A stretch of DNA of 64,000 nucleotides from Minutocellus sp. GHC0000111 (lineage: Eukaryota). The position numbers and the translations under genes were made by a program. Shown piece after piece: positions 12,092 through 23,842 of this stretch. The notes beneath the pieces were generated by a model that made no database searches, was not told where the DNA came from, and worked only from the letters and a program-made list of their open reading frames with translations. The stretch's first letter is position 1. Every line of letters starts with the position of its first letter. Where the stretch lies: positions 7,316,001-7,380,000 of the forward strand of contig OZ361256.1 of the NCBI GenBank assembly GCA_977018835.1, read 5' to 3'.

Positions 12092-13572
12092 CGAGGTCAG
12101 ATTCGCGAGAAATCGACTTGGACCGGTATACTGCTTCCCAACGAGTGCCGATGATTCATCTGATTCGGCCGCCTTCCGTTCTGTCATCGACGATCTTGCA
12201 ACGGCGACCCGGCGGCATACTGCACCATGTCTCTTTGCAATTGCCAAGTGCAGGGAGCAGGCAAAGGTGGACTATTCGGTGCTGTCCAGCGCAGAGCATG
12301 GTGCACGATTTTCGGGATGGATGAAGGCGTATGGTGCTGTACCTGCATCTGAGAAGGCGATGTGGGAGATGAAGAGGAGATCTCATCTGGCTATGCAGCC
12401 ATACATTCGAGATGTTATTGTTGATGCTCTGATACGAAATCCTCGGGAATCTTGGCGGGAGCTGGAGGTGGATGTCAACTTTTGGTGTTCCTACTCGGCA
12501 ATACGGCGGTGGATAATGTCGCGGGAAGGGTTCCGGTACTATGCCGAAAGGATCATCCCTCTCCTTACTACACATCAGATGGAGAAACATTTGGCATTTG
12601 CGCGGAAATTCCGAAACAATTGGGGGCTCGGCGGTGGCAAGTTTCTCCTTGTTATGTTCGATGAGAAGTGGTTTTGGGGCTTGGTTCTTCGATCGTATGC
12701 CAAGCAAGTTGCAGAATTGGGTATTGATCCTCGGTCCTTCTCGGCATATCACCGAAATCACATCAACAAGTGCATGGTGGTGGCTGTCACTGCCTTGGCT
12801 TTTATTGACAGCATTGAGAATGGCGGCATTGCGTTCAAGCTTGGACTTTTTCGGGCTCAGGCGCATAAAATTGCGAGGCAGATGGTAAGGGAGGCGGTGC
12901 GGCAGGCAGATGGTAGAATCAAATAAATATTGCGGCCCGGTGGTTCGGAAGAAAGACGATCTATACCTTGTGGATTGCGCGGTGACTGGATGCAGCCATG
13001 GCACCCTTGATAATCCCAAGTTCCCACTGAAAGCTTTGTTTGAGAACAAGATATTTCCGGATGTTGAGGCTTTGGTCGGACCTGGCGGAAAGTTTGAAGG
13101 CTATGTCCCTATTTTCCAGGGCGACAATGCTGGGCCCCATGCCGAGACTGAATTTGTGGAATATGTGGAAGGATACTGTCGGGACAAGGGATGGCGTTGG
13201 GAACCTCAGGCCCCGCAAATGCCCCATATGAATGTTCTTGATCTGTCTGTTTTCCCTTGCATGTCAAAGCAGCATACAATGTTGTGCCGCGATCGGGAGG
13301 GGCTGAAGGTTTTGAAAGAGGATCAGACTTGGAATGCAGCGGAGGAAGTTTGGATGGGGCTGGACAACTGGAAGATCGCATCGGCATGCATCCAGGCTCA
13401 TAGAATTGCAAAGAAGGTAATCGTTGCAAAAGGCAACAATGATTTTCTTGGAAACGGTGAAGGCATTCATGTTGGGGTGCGAAAGGATTTCAGGCCGACT
13501 GAAAATGGCATGGTTCTGATAGATGGGGAAATTATCGCTCCTCCTCCTGCTGATCCAACCATGGATAATTAG
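12092..13572 (+). pseudogene. Transposase of element 1; apparently 5'-truncated, 4-bp frameshift near 12922
   Basis: Catalytic D codons at 12660, 13123, 13240 (38 aa between D2 and D3); aaat duplication breaks the frame. Confidence 0.88.
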
Positions 13573-13780
13573 TCCTGCGGTGCTTTTAAGTTATATTGTG
13601 TTTAATAATACTAGATTGGATTGTAGATCTGGATACTAGCTGCTGCAATACCTAGGTACATGTACTTTGCATTGTACATGTATTCAATGCCGGTAGATCT
13701 AAGATTCAGGCGGTTGCGGGCCAAAAAAGTCGCTGTTTTGGTCCCGACCCTGCGCTCGATTTCTCGCGAAACGGACTTCG
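12092..13780 (+). mobile_element. Tc1/mariner-superfamily DNA transposon (DD38D), decayed
   Basis: 25-bp imperfect TIRs cgaggtcagattcgcgagaaatcga / tcgatttctcgcgaaacggacttcg; TA duplication at 12090-91 and 13781-82; FDEKWF, QGDNAGPH, PQMPHMNVLDLSVF. Confidence 0.92.
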
Positions 13781-13788
13781 TACATGCA

Positions 13789-16700
13789 CCTTTCGGTTTC
13801 AGAGGACTGGTCATTTTTGCACCCATTTCTCATTTCCCACCACGTGTTTTGTTAGTCGATATTCTCTTCGGGAGGAACGCAAATACTCCTCAACTCGTGG
13901 ATATCTACTGGACCTGCTCATTCAGTAGGTTGCCACCGACCAGTAGCATCCACTGAATTCGCAGGTCCAGTAGATTCTGGCAGGAACACATGTGTTTTTT
14001 GGTCCCCCGCACACCCTCTCACCGCAACCCGCAAATTTTGTGACGATGACGACGACCAACCAGACCACGCCCAAAAAAAACAAACGCAGCAGAACTTCGT
14101 GTTCTCAGGGAGCAAGAGAGGCAACACCAAGGCATCCAGGAAGGCGGCAAAGGCGGCAGCTGAGCCGAAAACACCATCGCCGAGCGCAAACACGTCGAAG
14201 AAGCGGCCACGGTCAAATTCGCCCCCGCCAAACCGTCACCGTCGTCGGCGAAGAAGAGGACGGCCCCTCCTCCTATATCCCCATGGCCTTTCTCCTTGCA
14301 GCAGATGTCATTCGAAGGGCTGATAAGGATCTGTGGTGGAGAGTGACCCCCGATTCCTGTGGCAAAGGTGACATTTGTGTTGGTTCTCGGCAGAAATGGG
14401 AAGACGTCCTCCCTGCTTTCATCGAGGCCGACTTGTTGCGTTCCAAGTCCGTCGGTGGAGGAAAGTATGTGAGCTACAGTACAACGAGGAAAAATGGAAG
14501 GACATGCAGCAACATCTCAAGGAGCATCATTGTAGTTTGAAGTTGCACTTGTCGACGTGTCGGCCGAGAGGGAAGACAAGACGCAGGGCGCTTTGTGTTT
14601 GTGCTCTCACAGGTTGCGCAAACAGAAGGAGGACAACCACCCGAAATTCTCTGGACCGGAGGGACAGAAGGTGCACGAGAAAAGAAATCCCGATGAAGTT
14701 CTGTTCTCTGGGCGCTCGACCGTCTTAGCTGCTAAGCTAGGTGAGAGGTTGTCAGCTCACAGAAAGGAGGCACAGTCAGCGCATTGCGAAGCAAGAGTAA
14801 AATCACTAGTCGACGAGGCCAAGAAACTGGGTTGGATGCCAGCAAGTCTCCTCAGCATGCTGAAGGGAACTGGTGATGCTTCCGCCACTGAAGCAGCTGC
14901 AGCCTCCCCCAATGATGAAGGTTTAGGAGGAGCCGACACTTCCGTTGTCTGTGCCACCTCCAGTGACATTGATGAACAGGCAAAGGTCGCTCTCGGCCTC
15001 GACTTTGTTGTTCGGATGGCCAACGATGACATGCTCCGTCCTCCTCGTCCCAATGCAACCGTCACCGAACCAATGCCAATCAGAAAAGAAAAGCAGGCGA
15101 ATGAAAGAATGCGGTTCAGCGCCGTGGCTCTCGCGGATTGGTGGGGATGCGGCGACCCAACTCGCACGCATGAAGACCGGCAACAAATTGCAACTGCCGC
15201 GTGTCGGCAAGTTGCGTGCGATCACGGTTATGCCAAGTCAACCGGTGGTTCTCAGCTTTACAAGTGGAGAGACCAGCTCTACAAAAGCCTTACTGATGGC
15301 ATCAGCAATCCCATCGGCAGAAAGGAGGTTCGTGGAAGGAAGGCACACACGGACATGATCGAGGAGAAGGAGCCAGGATGTCTCCGCGAGCTGCATCGGC
15401 GTGCTGCTCGGATGAAGGGTGCGATGGCAACCTTTAAGGAGCTAGCTGACTGCATGAGCGCAAAATCAGCTACTCCAAATGAAGATATGCTGACAATTAG
15501 TCTCCATCGTCTTCAGCTTTTTCGCTGGTGGAAAAAGCAAGGTGGCAAGGAGAAGTCGTCGATCGAGAAGCCGAGGCTCACCCCCGAATGTTGCAGGAGG
15601 AAGCGACTTGATTGGATCGAAAAGTGGGAGGACATTACGACCGATCCCAACATTCCTGTAGCGTGTCTTGATGAAAAGTGGTTTTACACTACTACTCGGC
15701 GACGAAAGATCAAGATGTTGCCACTTTCTGACGAAGAACTAAGCAGTCCGAACCTCGCGTCTATCCATGCTTCCGAGGCAAGCCCGAAAATTCGATCCAG
15801 AAGACACCCTGTCAAAGTTATGTATCTTGGAGTTGTTGGCCGACCAATGAAGGATGAAACCAAAGACGTTGATTTCAATGGGCGCATCATGATCAAGAGA
15901 GTCGCCAGGGAGCAGAAGGTGGAAAAGCTTACGCGTAATCAGAACTTCTCTCCAGATGCTAAGGTCAACGATGCGCTAAAAAATGACAAAGATTGGCGCG
16001 ACATTTACGACGAGAATGCTGACATGACCGCCGGCCATCTTTGCGACCACATTGCCGAAATCTACGGCCTGCCTTTCTGAGTTTGTTACAGAGCGAATGG
16101 AACTTCAATACGAGGACTATAAATCCGACGGTCTCAGGCAAAAAGTCGCAAGCATGCCGCTGTTGGCTACAATCAAAAGATCTCGAGTCTCAAGCGACGA
16201 CACACTCCTGATAGCAATGGAGAGAAGGTGAAGGTTGAGATCGACGACCTTGAGCTCGGGGTGCGGTATCAACGGGGCGACAAGGTTACCAAGGACTGTA
16301 GCTGCGACTCCAAATGGATGTTGGAGACTGTGAATGAGGTCGGGAAGGCGATTCGAGACGCACATCATTGGGTGAAGTGGGATCCACAAAATGTTCAGGA
16401 GTCTGATGTTATGTGTCTTATGATGGACAATGCCGGCGGTCATGGGTCCAATGAAGCAGTTGAGAAGTACACCGAGGACCTCAAAAACAAATATAAGATT
16501 GAGATAATCCAGCAGGTTCCTCGGTCGCCCGAGACAAATGTTCTTGATCTCGGCATCTGGATGTCTTTGCAGTCGGCCGTCGAAAAGGAGCATCGCGGTC
16601 AGAAGAATGATTGATGCGAATGCTCTTGACAAGACTGTGATGAAAGTATGGGCCAATGTCGCATCAAAAGAGGCCTTTCTCAATGCATTTGGAAAACTTC

Positions 16701-17228
16701 CAGTGATATATAACAACATCAAGAGAAGTCGTGGCGGCAACAATCTTGTGGAGACCAGACGGGGAAAGGCTGGTCTCTCGCAAAAATTGCCGAGGAAGAA
16801 GCTGAAGAGGATGGTGAACCACTCTGGCCAATTGATGCTCCCGGCGAAGATGATGACATTGAGGACGACATAGATGAAAATGATGAAGACGATGGAGTCA
16901 TTGATTTGCTATAACTTATCATAGCATGTCCATTTCTATTCATTACATTTTGATTTGGTGCTTCCAAAAATGTATTTTTTCCCGGGGTGAGGAATGCAAA
17001 TGTCGAAAAAAATAATCACATAATGTACATTTATTGGTTCTGGTGCACAATATCTCTCGACTATATGTAGAAGTTGGTGACCATAACTTGGTTCTTGCCC
17101 CGACTTCCATCTTGGCCGTCATTTATTCCTCGGAGTTAGAAAAAGTGAGCTTGGATTTTTGGTCTGGTGTGGTCGTGTTTCTAATACGTCATCATCACGT
17201 CACTTTCAAATCCTCTGAACTCGAAAGG
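13789..17228 (+). mobile_element. Tc1/mariner-superfamily DNA transposon (DD39D), 3.44 kb, decayed
   Basis: ~18-bp imperfect TIRs cctttcggtttcagagga / tcctctgaactcgaaagg; right flank TA (17229-30), left flank CA (13787-88); LDEKWFY, MDNAGGH, QVPRSPETNVLDLGIW. Confidence 0.9.
14045..16915 (+). pseudogene. Large transposase of element 2 with several frameshifts
   Basis: Catalytic D codons at 15670, 16426, 16546 (39 aa between D2 and D3); frame breaks near 14080, 14470, 16075, 16610, 16780; acidic tail. Confidence 0.85.
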
Positions 17229-17396
17229 TACATGTACAGCCATAACGCCCGCAAATATTTTACACGTAGCCAGCCAGCCATTATTCAGATTAGACCACTG
17301 CAAGTAACATGTAGGAACAACTATCGTGCGTAGGAATTCCTACCTAGCTACTAGCTAGCTACATGTAGAAAAGCTGAAGACCGAGAAATCAAAAAT

Positions 17397-18455
17397 CTAC
17401 TTCGCCCCCCCGGGATTGTCAGTTAGTTCCCTCTCAACGAAAGGGATGAGAGGCCACCTGACTTGCTCCCTCCAATCCTGAAATCTCTCCTGCTTACCAT
17501 ACATATCCTCCTGCTTCCTTTCGAGCCTCTTGGTACTGCCCAGCATTATCGATACAATACTCCACAGACCAAAGGTTGAGAATGTCCAAGCGATGACATT
17601 TCCCTCAAAACAAACAGCACCACAGAAGAACAAACCCGTCCAAAACATGCACTCTCCAGTGTAATTGGGATGCCGGGTAATGGCATATAGCCCGCTTGTT
17701 GGACCAATAAACTTTGGATCGCCATATGCCACCATTGCCCTCTTCTTGGCGTTGTACTTTTGTTGGTCGGCCACTGCTTCGATGATGAGACCCAGATAGC
17801 ACAATAGAAGACCGCAAAGTTGCACAACCTGCATTCTCGCTGATCTTGCTTCACCGGCACGAAGGGCATATGCCACTGGCAATACCATGCACGCATACAG
17901 CAGCGATACGACAAATCCAAGGATGGTTGCCTTCATTCGGGACATTCCCTCCGCTCGTGCACCCTGCTGTTCCATCGACTTGACACTAAAGGTTCTCAAA
18001 ATTAAGTACGCCACCAGGCGGATGCCGTAGAGCAAAGACGCCAACACAAGAAGCTGCGATATGGACCTAGAGGATTCAGGTCCAAAAGTTGGGATCAGTG
18101 GTATTTGATAGGCTGATATCAGTACGATCGATTGAGTGGCGATGGACGCTCCATATCCAACTGAAATGGACCATACTTTGCGCACAAAGGTGAGAGGGAC
18201 GACGGTTGCGATGGCAACGGCGGTCAGGGCCGCCAATGGTCGAATTCCCTCTCCGTCTACAAGAGCTGTCTGTATTGATTTGGTAATGGTTGAATTCATT
18301 CTTTCGGCAATTGTTGATTGAGATGCCGACATCAGCCTTCCAAAAAGAACGCCGTCATCTTGCGTGCCGAAGGGTTCGCACCCTTGCCCTGTGGTCTGTG
18401 GTTCGTACGTGCGAACCTTACGGGATTTGATTTCCCTCCACCGCTCATTTGCCAT
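17397..18455 (-). CDS. DUF1295 / steroid 5-alpha-reductase-like membrane protein (true start may be downstream)
   Basis: ISVGYG, YGIRLVAYL, IEAVADQQKY, GLYAITRHPNYTGECMFW. Confidence 0.85.
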   Translation of the reverse strand: MANERWREIKSRKVRTYEPQTTGQGCEPFGTQDDGVLFGRLMSASQSTIAERMNSTITKSIQTALVDGEGIRPLAALTAVAIATVVPLTFVRKVWSISVGYGASIATQSIVLISAYQIPLIPTFGPESSRSISQLLVLASLLYGIRLVAYLILRTFSVKSMEQQGARAEGMSRMKATILGFVVSLLYACMVLPVAYALRAGEARSARMQVVQLCGLLLCYLGLIIEAVADQQKYNAKKRAMVAYGDPKFIGPTSGLYAITRHPNYTGECMFWTGLFFCGAVCFEGNVIAWTFSTFGLWSIVSIMLGSTKRLERKQEDMYGKQERFQDWREQVRWPLIPFVERELTDNPGGAK

Positions 18456-18456
18456 A

Positions 18457-20229
18457 ATGCCGTCGCAGGACGAGCTCGACGCCGAGGAGGGCCTCGAGAT
18501 GCTCTTAGGGCTCGCATCTGTCGATCTGTCCTCGGCTGATTGGGACTCGGCTGTGGATCATGGAGATGGATCAGCTGCGGCTGCTTCCAAATCAACCATC
18601 TCTGGCCTCGTCGCCGTTCCACCCCCACCACCCACAACAAAGCCGAAGATTCACCACGTACAATCAGGACCACCACCGTCGTCTTCTACTCCACCAGACA
18701 TTATTTTTCGTTCCTGCTTTGATCGGGCGTTTTCCTTGTCATCCAATGGGGTCATGTCGAAACCTCCAGTCTCCATCATCGACATGTCGGCCACCAATCG
18801 AGGTTATGCGCTGATTGCCTCTCGTGATATTCCTCGAGGAGAAATCATTTACACAGAACTTGCAGCGGAAGCTAGCAAAATGCCACGGCAATGCTTGATA
18901 TGTAGGAATACAAAGGAGGAAAAGGTAAAGATTCAGGGCTTGTATAGAGTCAAAGGGTGTCAGCACTGTTTCCAATCACTCGAACCTGCTTCGTCGATAC
19001 TGTCTTGTGATACAGCCAAGCTTCCAATGGAGGAATATTGGCCCGTGCTTGATGAGAATAAGCCAGGGCCAGCTAGGAGAAGCGTTCAATGCCAAGAATG
19101 TAACGCATTGTTCTGTTCGAAGCAATGTCATGAAAGTCACAACAATATTATGGGGAATTGCTGCCGTTGCAGCAACGCAGTTCAAGCAGCAGTTCATGCC
19201 TTTTGCTCTCAGATAAATTCATCGACTGACAAAGAGGAAGACAGCACTGACAAAGAGGCCTCCATAAGTGTCGAACCTTCCAAGGATGTTTTGCGAGGAA
19301 GTTCAGCGATATCGAGCCAGTATCGATGATTCGCCATTTTTGGGAATATGTGGGGAGTCGTGCGACATTAATCCATTGGAAATTGGCCTGCTGCAACATG
19401 AAGAGGAACAAGACGAAGCGCAGTACTCACTGAAGAGCATTTATGATGCTCTATGCAAAAGTCTAGAGCTGACCGAAATGGAGCGCGATGCCTTTCCGTT
19501 GACTTCATATGAAAAATGTGTTGCAAAGGCAGCAAGAAATGGGTTCAACATCACCACACGATCTCCATTCCGAGAATATTATTCTGCCATGACCAGGGCA
19601 ACCGGAGGGAGGAACTCAGAACGACACAAAGCTGCAGTAAAGCAGTTGGCTCTAGCCCTCGGTGCAGAAGATGGAGAGCTTCGTCGGGACATGGACCGCG
19701 AAATCGAAGAGAAGGTGAGTTGCTGAGAACTTTCAAAAATTTTGTTCGATTCAATTAGGGAAATGAGGATATCCAATCGAGTTCAAAGCATAGTTCATCC
19801 GAAGTCCGAAGTCACCCTTCGCTTGCGGAAATATTACCACAGAATCGCTATCCGATCCTTTACTCATGTAAATGAAGTGGGCGTCCAAATACGAAGCATT
19901 GTCTCTAACCTTTTTTCGATATTTTCCACGTCTACACTCATCCCCAGTGCGCAATTCAAATTGCAGCACTATTTTCACTCACCGCTAGGATCAATCACTC
20001 TTGCGACCCGTGCGCCGAGCTACGAGGAGGGGAATTCATCGATTGCCACGTAGATTTGATCGCAAAAAGAGACATATGCAAGGGTGAGGAGATTAGCATC
20101 TCGTATATCAATCTCGGCAAGACTGCCGGACGAGCCGCTACTGATCGCAACAAGCGCAGGAGGGAGCTCAAAGCCCGTTACTTGTTTGATTGCGATTGTA
20201 ATAAGTGTATGGAGGGGTATGGTTCATAA
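18457..20229 (+). pseudogene. SMYD-like SET-domain methyltransferase, one frameshift
   Basis: RGYALIASRDIPRGEII; MYND-like CQHC..CQEC..FCSKQC; after intron 19715-19947 RINHSCDP, GEEISISY, post-SET FDCDCNKC; frame change near 19280. Confidence 0.8.
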
Positions 20230-20350
20230 AAACTATAATTGTTTTCGTGTAGGCGCGCGTGTAACATGAAATACCTACTGCTTAGACGCTCATACGACAT
20301 ATGCATGTAGTGAAATCTCCCCGATACAAAATCATTGCTTGTGGGCGGAT

Positions 20351-21635
20351 TTAGAAGCCACCGTAGATCACCTTGATGCTCTTTGGGTCAATCATGAACT
20401 TATCGCCGTTGGGAGTGGAAGCCTTCAGCAGCGTCAGTGCAACACATCCAGCATTGACAACCTTGCGCTTCTTACTGACGTGATCAACCGTGTAGGGCAA
20501 ATACGTTCGGAAGAAGCTGCGGAAATAGATGGAATGACCACCAATGACGACATTGTCCTCGTCAACACTACTAAAGACAAAGTCACAAAATTCGTCCATC
20601 CGCTTCAGACCATTGGTATTGATCGGCTTGTTGCCAATGTGGAGAGACATGTCCGTCTGATTGGTGTAAATGTCCTGGAAGGCGCAAACCTTGGAGGATC
20701 GGTCAACAAACGAGGCCTGAACTGTGTGATGAGCCGGAGTAATTGACAGTGTGTCGGGATTCCGCGAAATTTCCTGCAGACTCGGAACGACCAGAATCTT
20801 GTCATTGGGGTTGCGGGCCAATCGCTCACGAAAGCTGCAAGCCATGGTGCTCAGTGCCCGACGGAGGCTGGAGGACAGCAACTTGGAGGATGGTGCACCG
20901 GCATCACCGCGGAGGATGCTCACGAACTCGGCCTCCTCCTTGGTCCTTTTGGACGCATCGGGCGAATCGACCGACAGGAACTTGGCCAACTCATCGACCT
21001 GCGACAGACCAAGGTTGCTGATGGGACTATCGAAAAACCAACTATCCACCTGACCGGTGAGGGTAAGGTAGATCTCATACATAACGGACTTGATAAGACC
21101 GGGGATGAAGCCCAGAACAAATTCCAATGCACTCCGATGATGCCCCTTGTTGAACGTATCGTTCCAGGTGGACTCGCCGCTGAAGACATGATGGGGCGGT
21201 GCAGTAATGACAGGGGCACAACGTTGGAAATAAGTGAGAATCGGCGAGAATGAAATTCTTAACAACGTAATTGCGCAGCAATACATGTACGTGTGACAAT
21301 ATCAACAAAACTCACTGCCGAACGAAGATGAGCGTCTTCTTCTCGACCTTGGCCTTTTCCGTTGGGTTGGTCAAAATGGGCTCAAAGATGGCACCGGGAT
21401 CCTGCGGCTTCTTCCAGCTCTTGTCGTTGCAGAACAGCAGGTACGCAATGCCCAGGACGGTGAGCTTGATCCGATGGAGGAAGACGGGCAACGAGTACAG
21501 GATGCAGGCCACCACGAAAAAGACGGTTGCTCGGAGGAGCGTGTCGACGTCCAATGCCGGAGGTGGAAGGCTTCCGTCCGAAGACAGCAAGCCGACGCTG
21601 GTCAGCAGATCAGTTGCCTGACTGGCAAAAGTCAT
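20351..21635 (-). CDS. Histidine phosphatase (phosphoglycerate mutase) family protein with N-terminal TM segment
   Basis: Intron 21180-21315 reconstitutes FVRHGES; LSSSLRRALST, LQEISRNPD, VIGGHS. Confidence 0.85.
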
Positions 21636-21896
21636 GTTTGGTTGGTGAGTAGAGGGAGAGGAGCGCTGGTAGAGCCAGTAACGGTGGAGATTCACCAACG
21701 GTATCTCCCGTATCTCAACATGTGATGAAAAAGTGCAAGATGGCATGGCGGTACCTAGGTACGTACGTACGTACGGCAAACTACGTACGAAGAAATGCTA
21801 CGTACGGCTCATGACGAAGCAACGAAGCAACGGCAACGCGGTCTCATTTGCTACCAATTGGGTATTTTGCTGCCGTTTCAATGCATGCCATCAGTC

Positions 21897-23702
21897 ATGA
21901 CGGACCAACCCCCTCATAGCGGATCCAGCAGCGGCACCAACGATGAAGATCAAGCACCGTTCGATGCTATGGCCTTCATGTCGAATTTTGATCCCACGCT
22001 GATTCATCGTGTCCTCCTCACAGACCCAACCGACTTTCGTTCTCTGACCATGAACGGCCAACCACGGTTGGATGCCACGCCGGCGTTCGATGCCACGTTT
22101 TTGTACGAGAATGGCTTCACTGATACTGGAGATGTTGACCAACAGGATATGGCGGTGCAGATCAGTCGAACGATGAAGAAGGCATTTCATGATGCGCTGG
22201 TGGCATCCCTACGACAGGCGGCTGCAGCCCATACGGAAGAGGAGCAAGATACTACTCAACCTTCCACTCGCAATACCGCTGATTTGTCGGCTCTGATTAT
22301 CGAACTACATGAAAAGATGAGGCAGATGATTCCAAATCCAACCAATCTGCATGGGATACTGAGTGATGAGGAGGTCAGGAGTATCGAGCTTAGTGGTGGC
22401 GACAGCGTAATAACTGCATACCTGCCTCATCTCATTGCATCGGCCGAGGCACTCATTCAGCTGGAGAGTGAGGATCGATCGACCACGACCCGACAATGGT
22501 TGGAGATGGCATCCAATGTTGTCCAACAATGGCCATCTACATCGTCAGAGTTGCCGCTCGATATTGCAAGTCCAGAAGTGTTTGTGGTGTCGTCCCTCTC
22601 CTACCTTCATCTCAAGGCGGACCTGTGTGCGTCGGATGTTGCCGACTACCATCTCTCCACGTTCCTGGCTCCACAGATTGCCCTTCACGGGCCGGAATAC
22701 GAACGCTTCATATTCCAGCAAAGACTTGGCCCTTTTGAGGAGGAAGGGACGGCGCCCATAACGCGGCAGTGGATAGAACGGACGATTGAGGAATGTGCCA
22801 TGTCGAAAGAAGACCTTCGCTCAAGTGAGGAACGACGAGTAACGGCACTTCAGACAAGTGGTTGGGTCAACCTCATTCTTTTTCAGACCAGGGGTGAGGT
22901 TAGCAATGAAGAGGATACTGACGCAAATGGGGACAATAGTGATGGTGCCGATGCAGAAGTGAGAGCTGATGAGCAGCAGCCAGAGCAGCAGCAGCAGCAG
23001 CAGCCCTTTATTCATGTTCCTGAGATTTTGCAGTTCGATGTCGCAAGCCTCCGAAGTATTCGGAGCACAACGAGAATGTCGGTAATTGGATCGGCTCTGG
23101 CCCTGCATGCGTGCACGGTGGCAGGTGTTGGGGATGCAGTCCTGCGAAGAGACCCATCGACTGAAGAAATCAATCGATGCCGACATAATTTAATTGAGGC
23201 CATGTCTGGTAGGGAGGTCAGCTCGCAGCAGGCATTCGAAGAGGATATTGCATTAGCAGTCATTGCGCTGGCAAAGGTTCTCAAGCCCGCACTTACCGTT
23301 GAAGAAGAGCAGGTTCTCAAATCACGTACGCCAAAAGTAATGGCAGGAGAAGATCCCGTAGTAAAATTGTTGGATAATCGTATGAGGTTAGTCTTTTGCG
23401 AGCTAATGGAATGGTCGCCGGAGCATTCTCGGACAATTCCAGTTCACATGTCTACCGGTAGACGAATGGTGGCATCCCAAGCAAGACCATCATCATCGGG
23501 ATCAGAATCAAATCCTACTAGTACCAGCAACCTCTTCCTCGCCGAAGCCAAGCGTAGATTCATGACGAAAGGATTTGCCTTTTACGCTGCAGAGCTATCC
23601 GAGATTAGTCTCAAGGCCGTGAAGGTAATCAATCTCGCATTTGTAGTCTATGGGAAAGACCTGCTGGAACCTATTCTGATGAAATCATTACAAGAGCAGT
23701 AA
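21897..23702 (+). CDS. TCP11-family protein
   Basis: TMKKAFHDAL, GPEYERFIF, VPEILQFDVASLRSIR, DPVVKLLDNR resemble TCP11/SOK1 domain motifs. Confidence 0.65.
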   Translation: MTDQPPHSGSSSGTNDEDQAPFDAMAFMSNFDPTLIHRVLLTDPTDFRSLTMNGQPRLDATPAFDATFLYENGFTDTGDVDQQDMAVQISRTMKKAFHDALVASLRQAAAAHTEEEQDTTQPSTRNTADLSALIIELHEKMRQMIPNPTNLHGILSDEEVRSIELSGGDSVITAYLPHLIASAEALIQLESEDRSTTTRQWLEMASNVVQQWPSTSSELPLDIASPEVFVVSSLSYLHLKADLCASDVADYHLSTFLAPQIALHGPEYERFIFQQRLGPFEEEGTAPITRQWIERTIEECAMSKEDLRSSEERRVTALQTSGWVNLILFQTRGEVSNEEDTDANGDNSDGADAEVRADEQQPEQQQQQQPFIHVPEILQFDVASLRSIRSTTRMSVIGSALALHACTVAGVGDAVLRRDPSTEEINRCRHNLIEAMSGREVSSQQAFEEDIALAVIALAKVLKPALTVEEEQVLKSRTPKVMAGEDPVVKLLDNRMRLVFCELMEWSPEHSRTIPVHMSTGRRMVASQARPSSSGSESNPTSTSNLFLAEAKRRFMTKGFAFYAAELSEISLKAVKVINLAFVVYGKDLLEPILMKSLQEQ

Positions 23703-23842
23703 GCAATAGACTGCACTGTACGTGGTGGTCAAGATGGAGATACCCCAATATCCACTTTATAATTTATAGTTTCACTTCAAATGATCGTGTTGCGGGTGTT
23801 GGGATTAGGTGGAGCTCCTGGAGTTGCATCAGTTGGTGTCAT

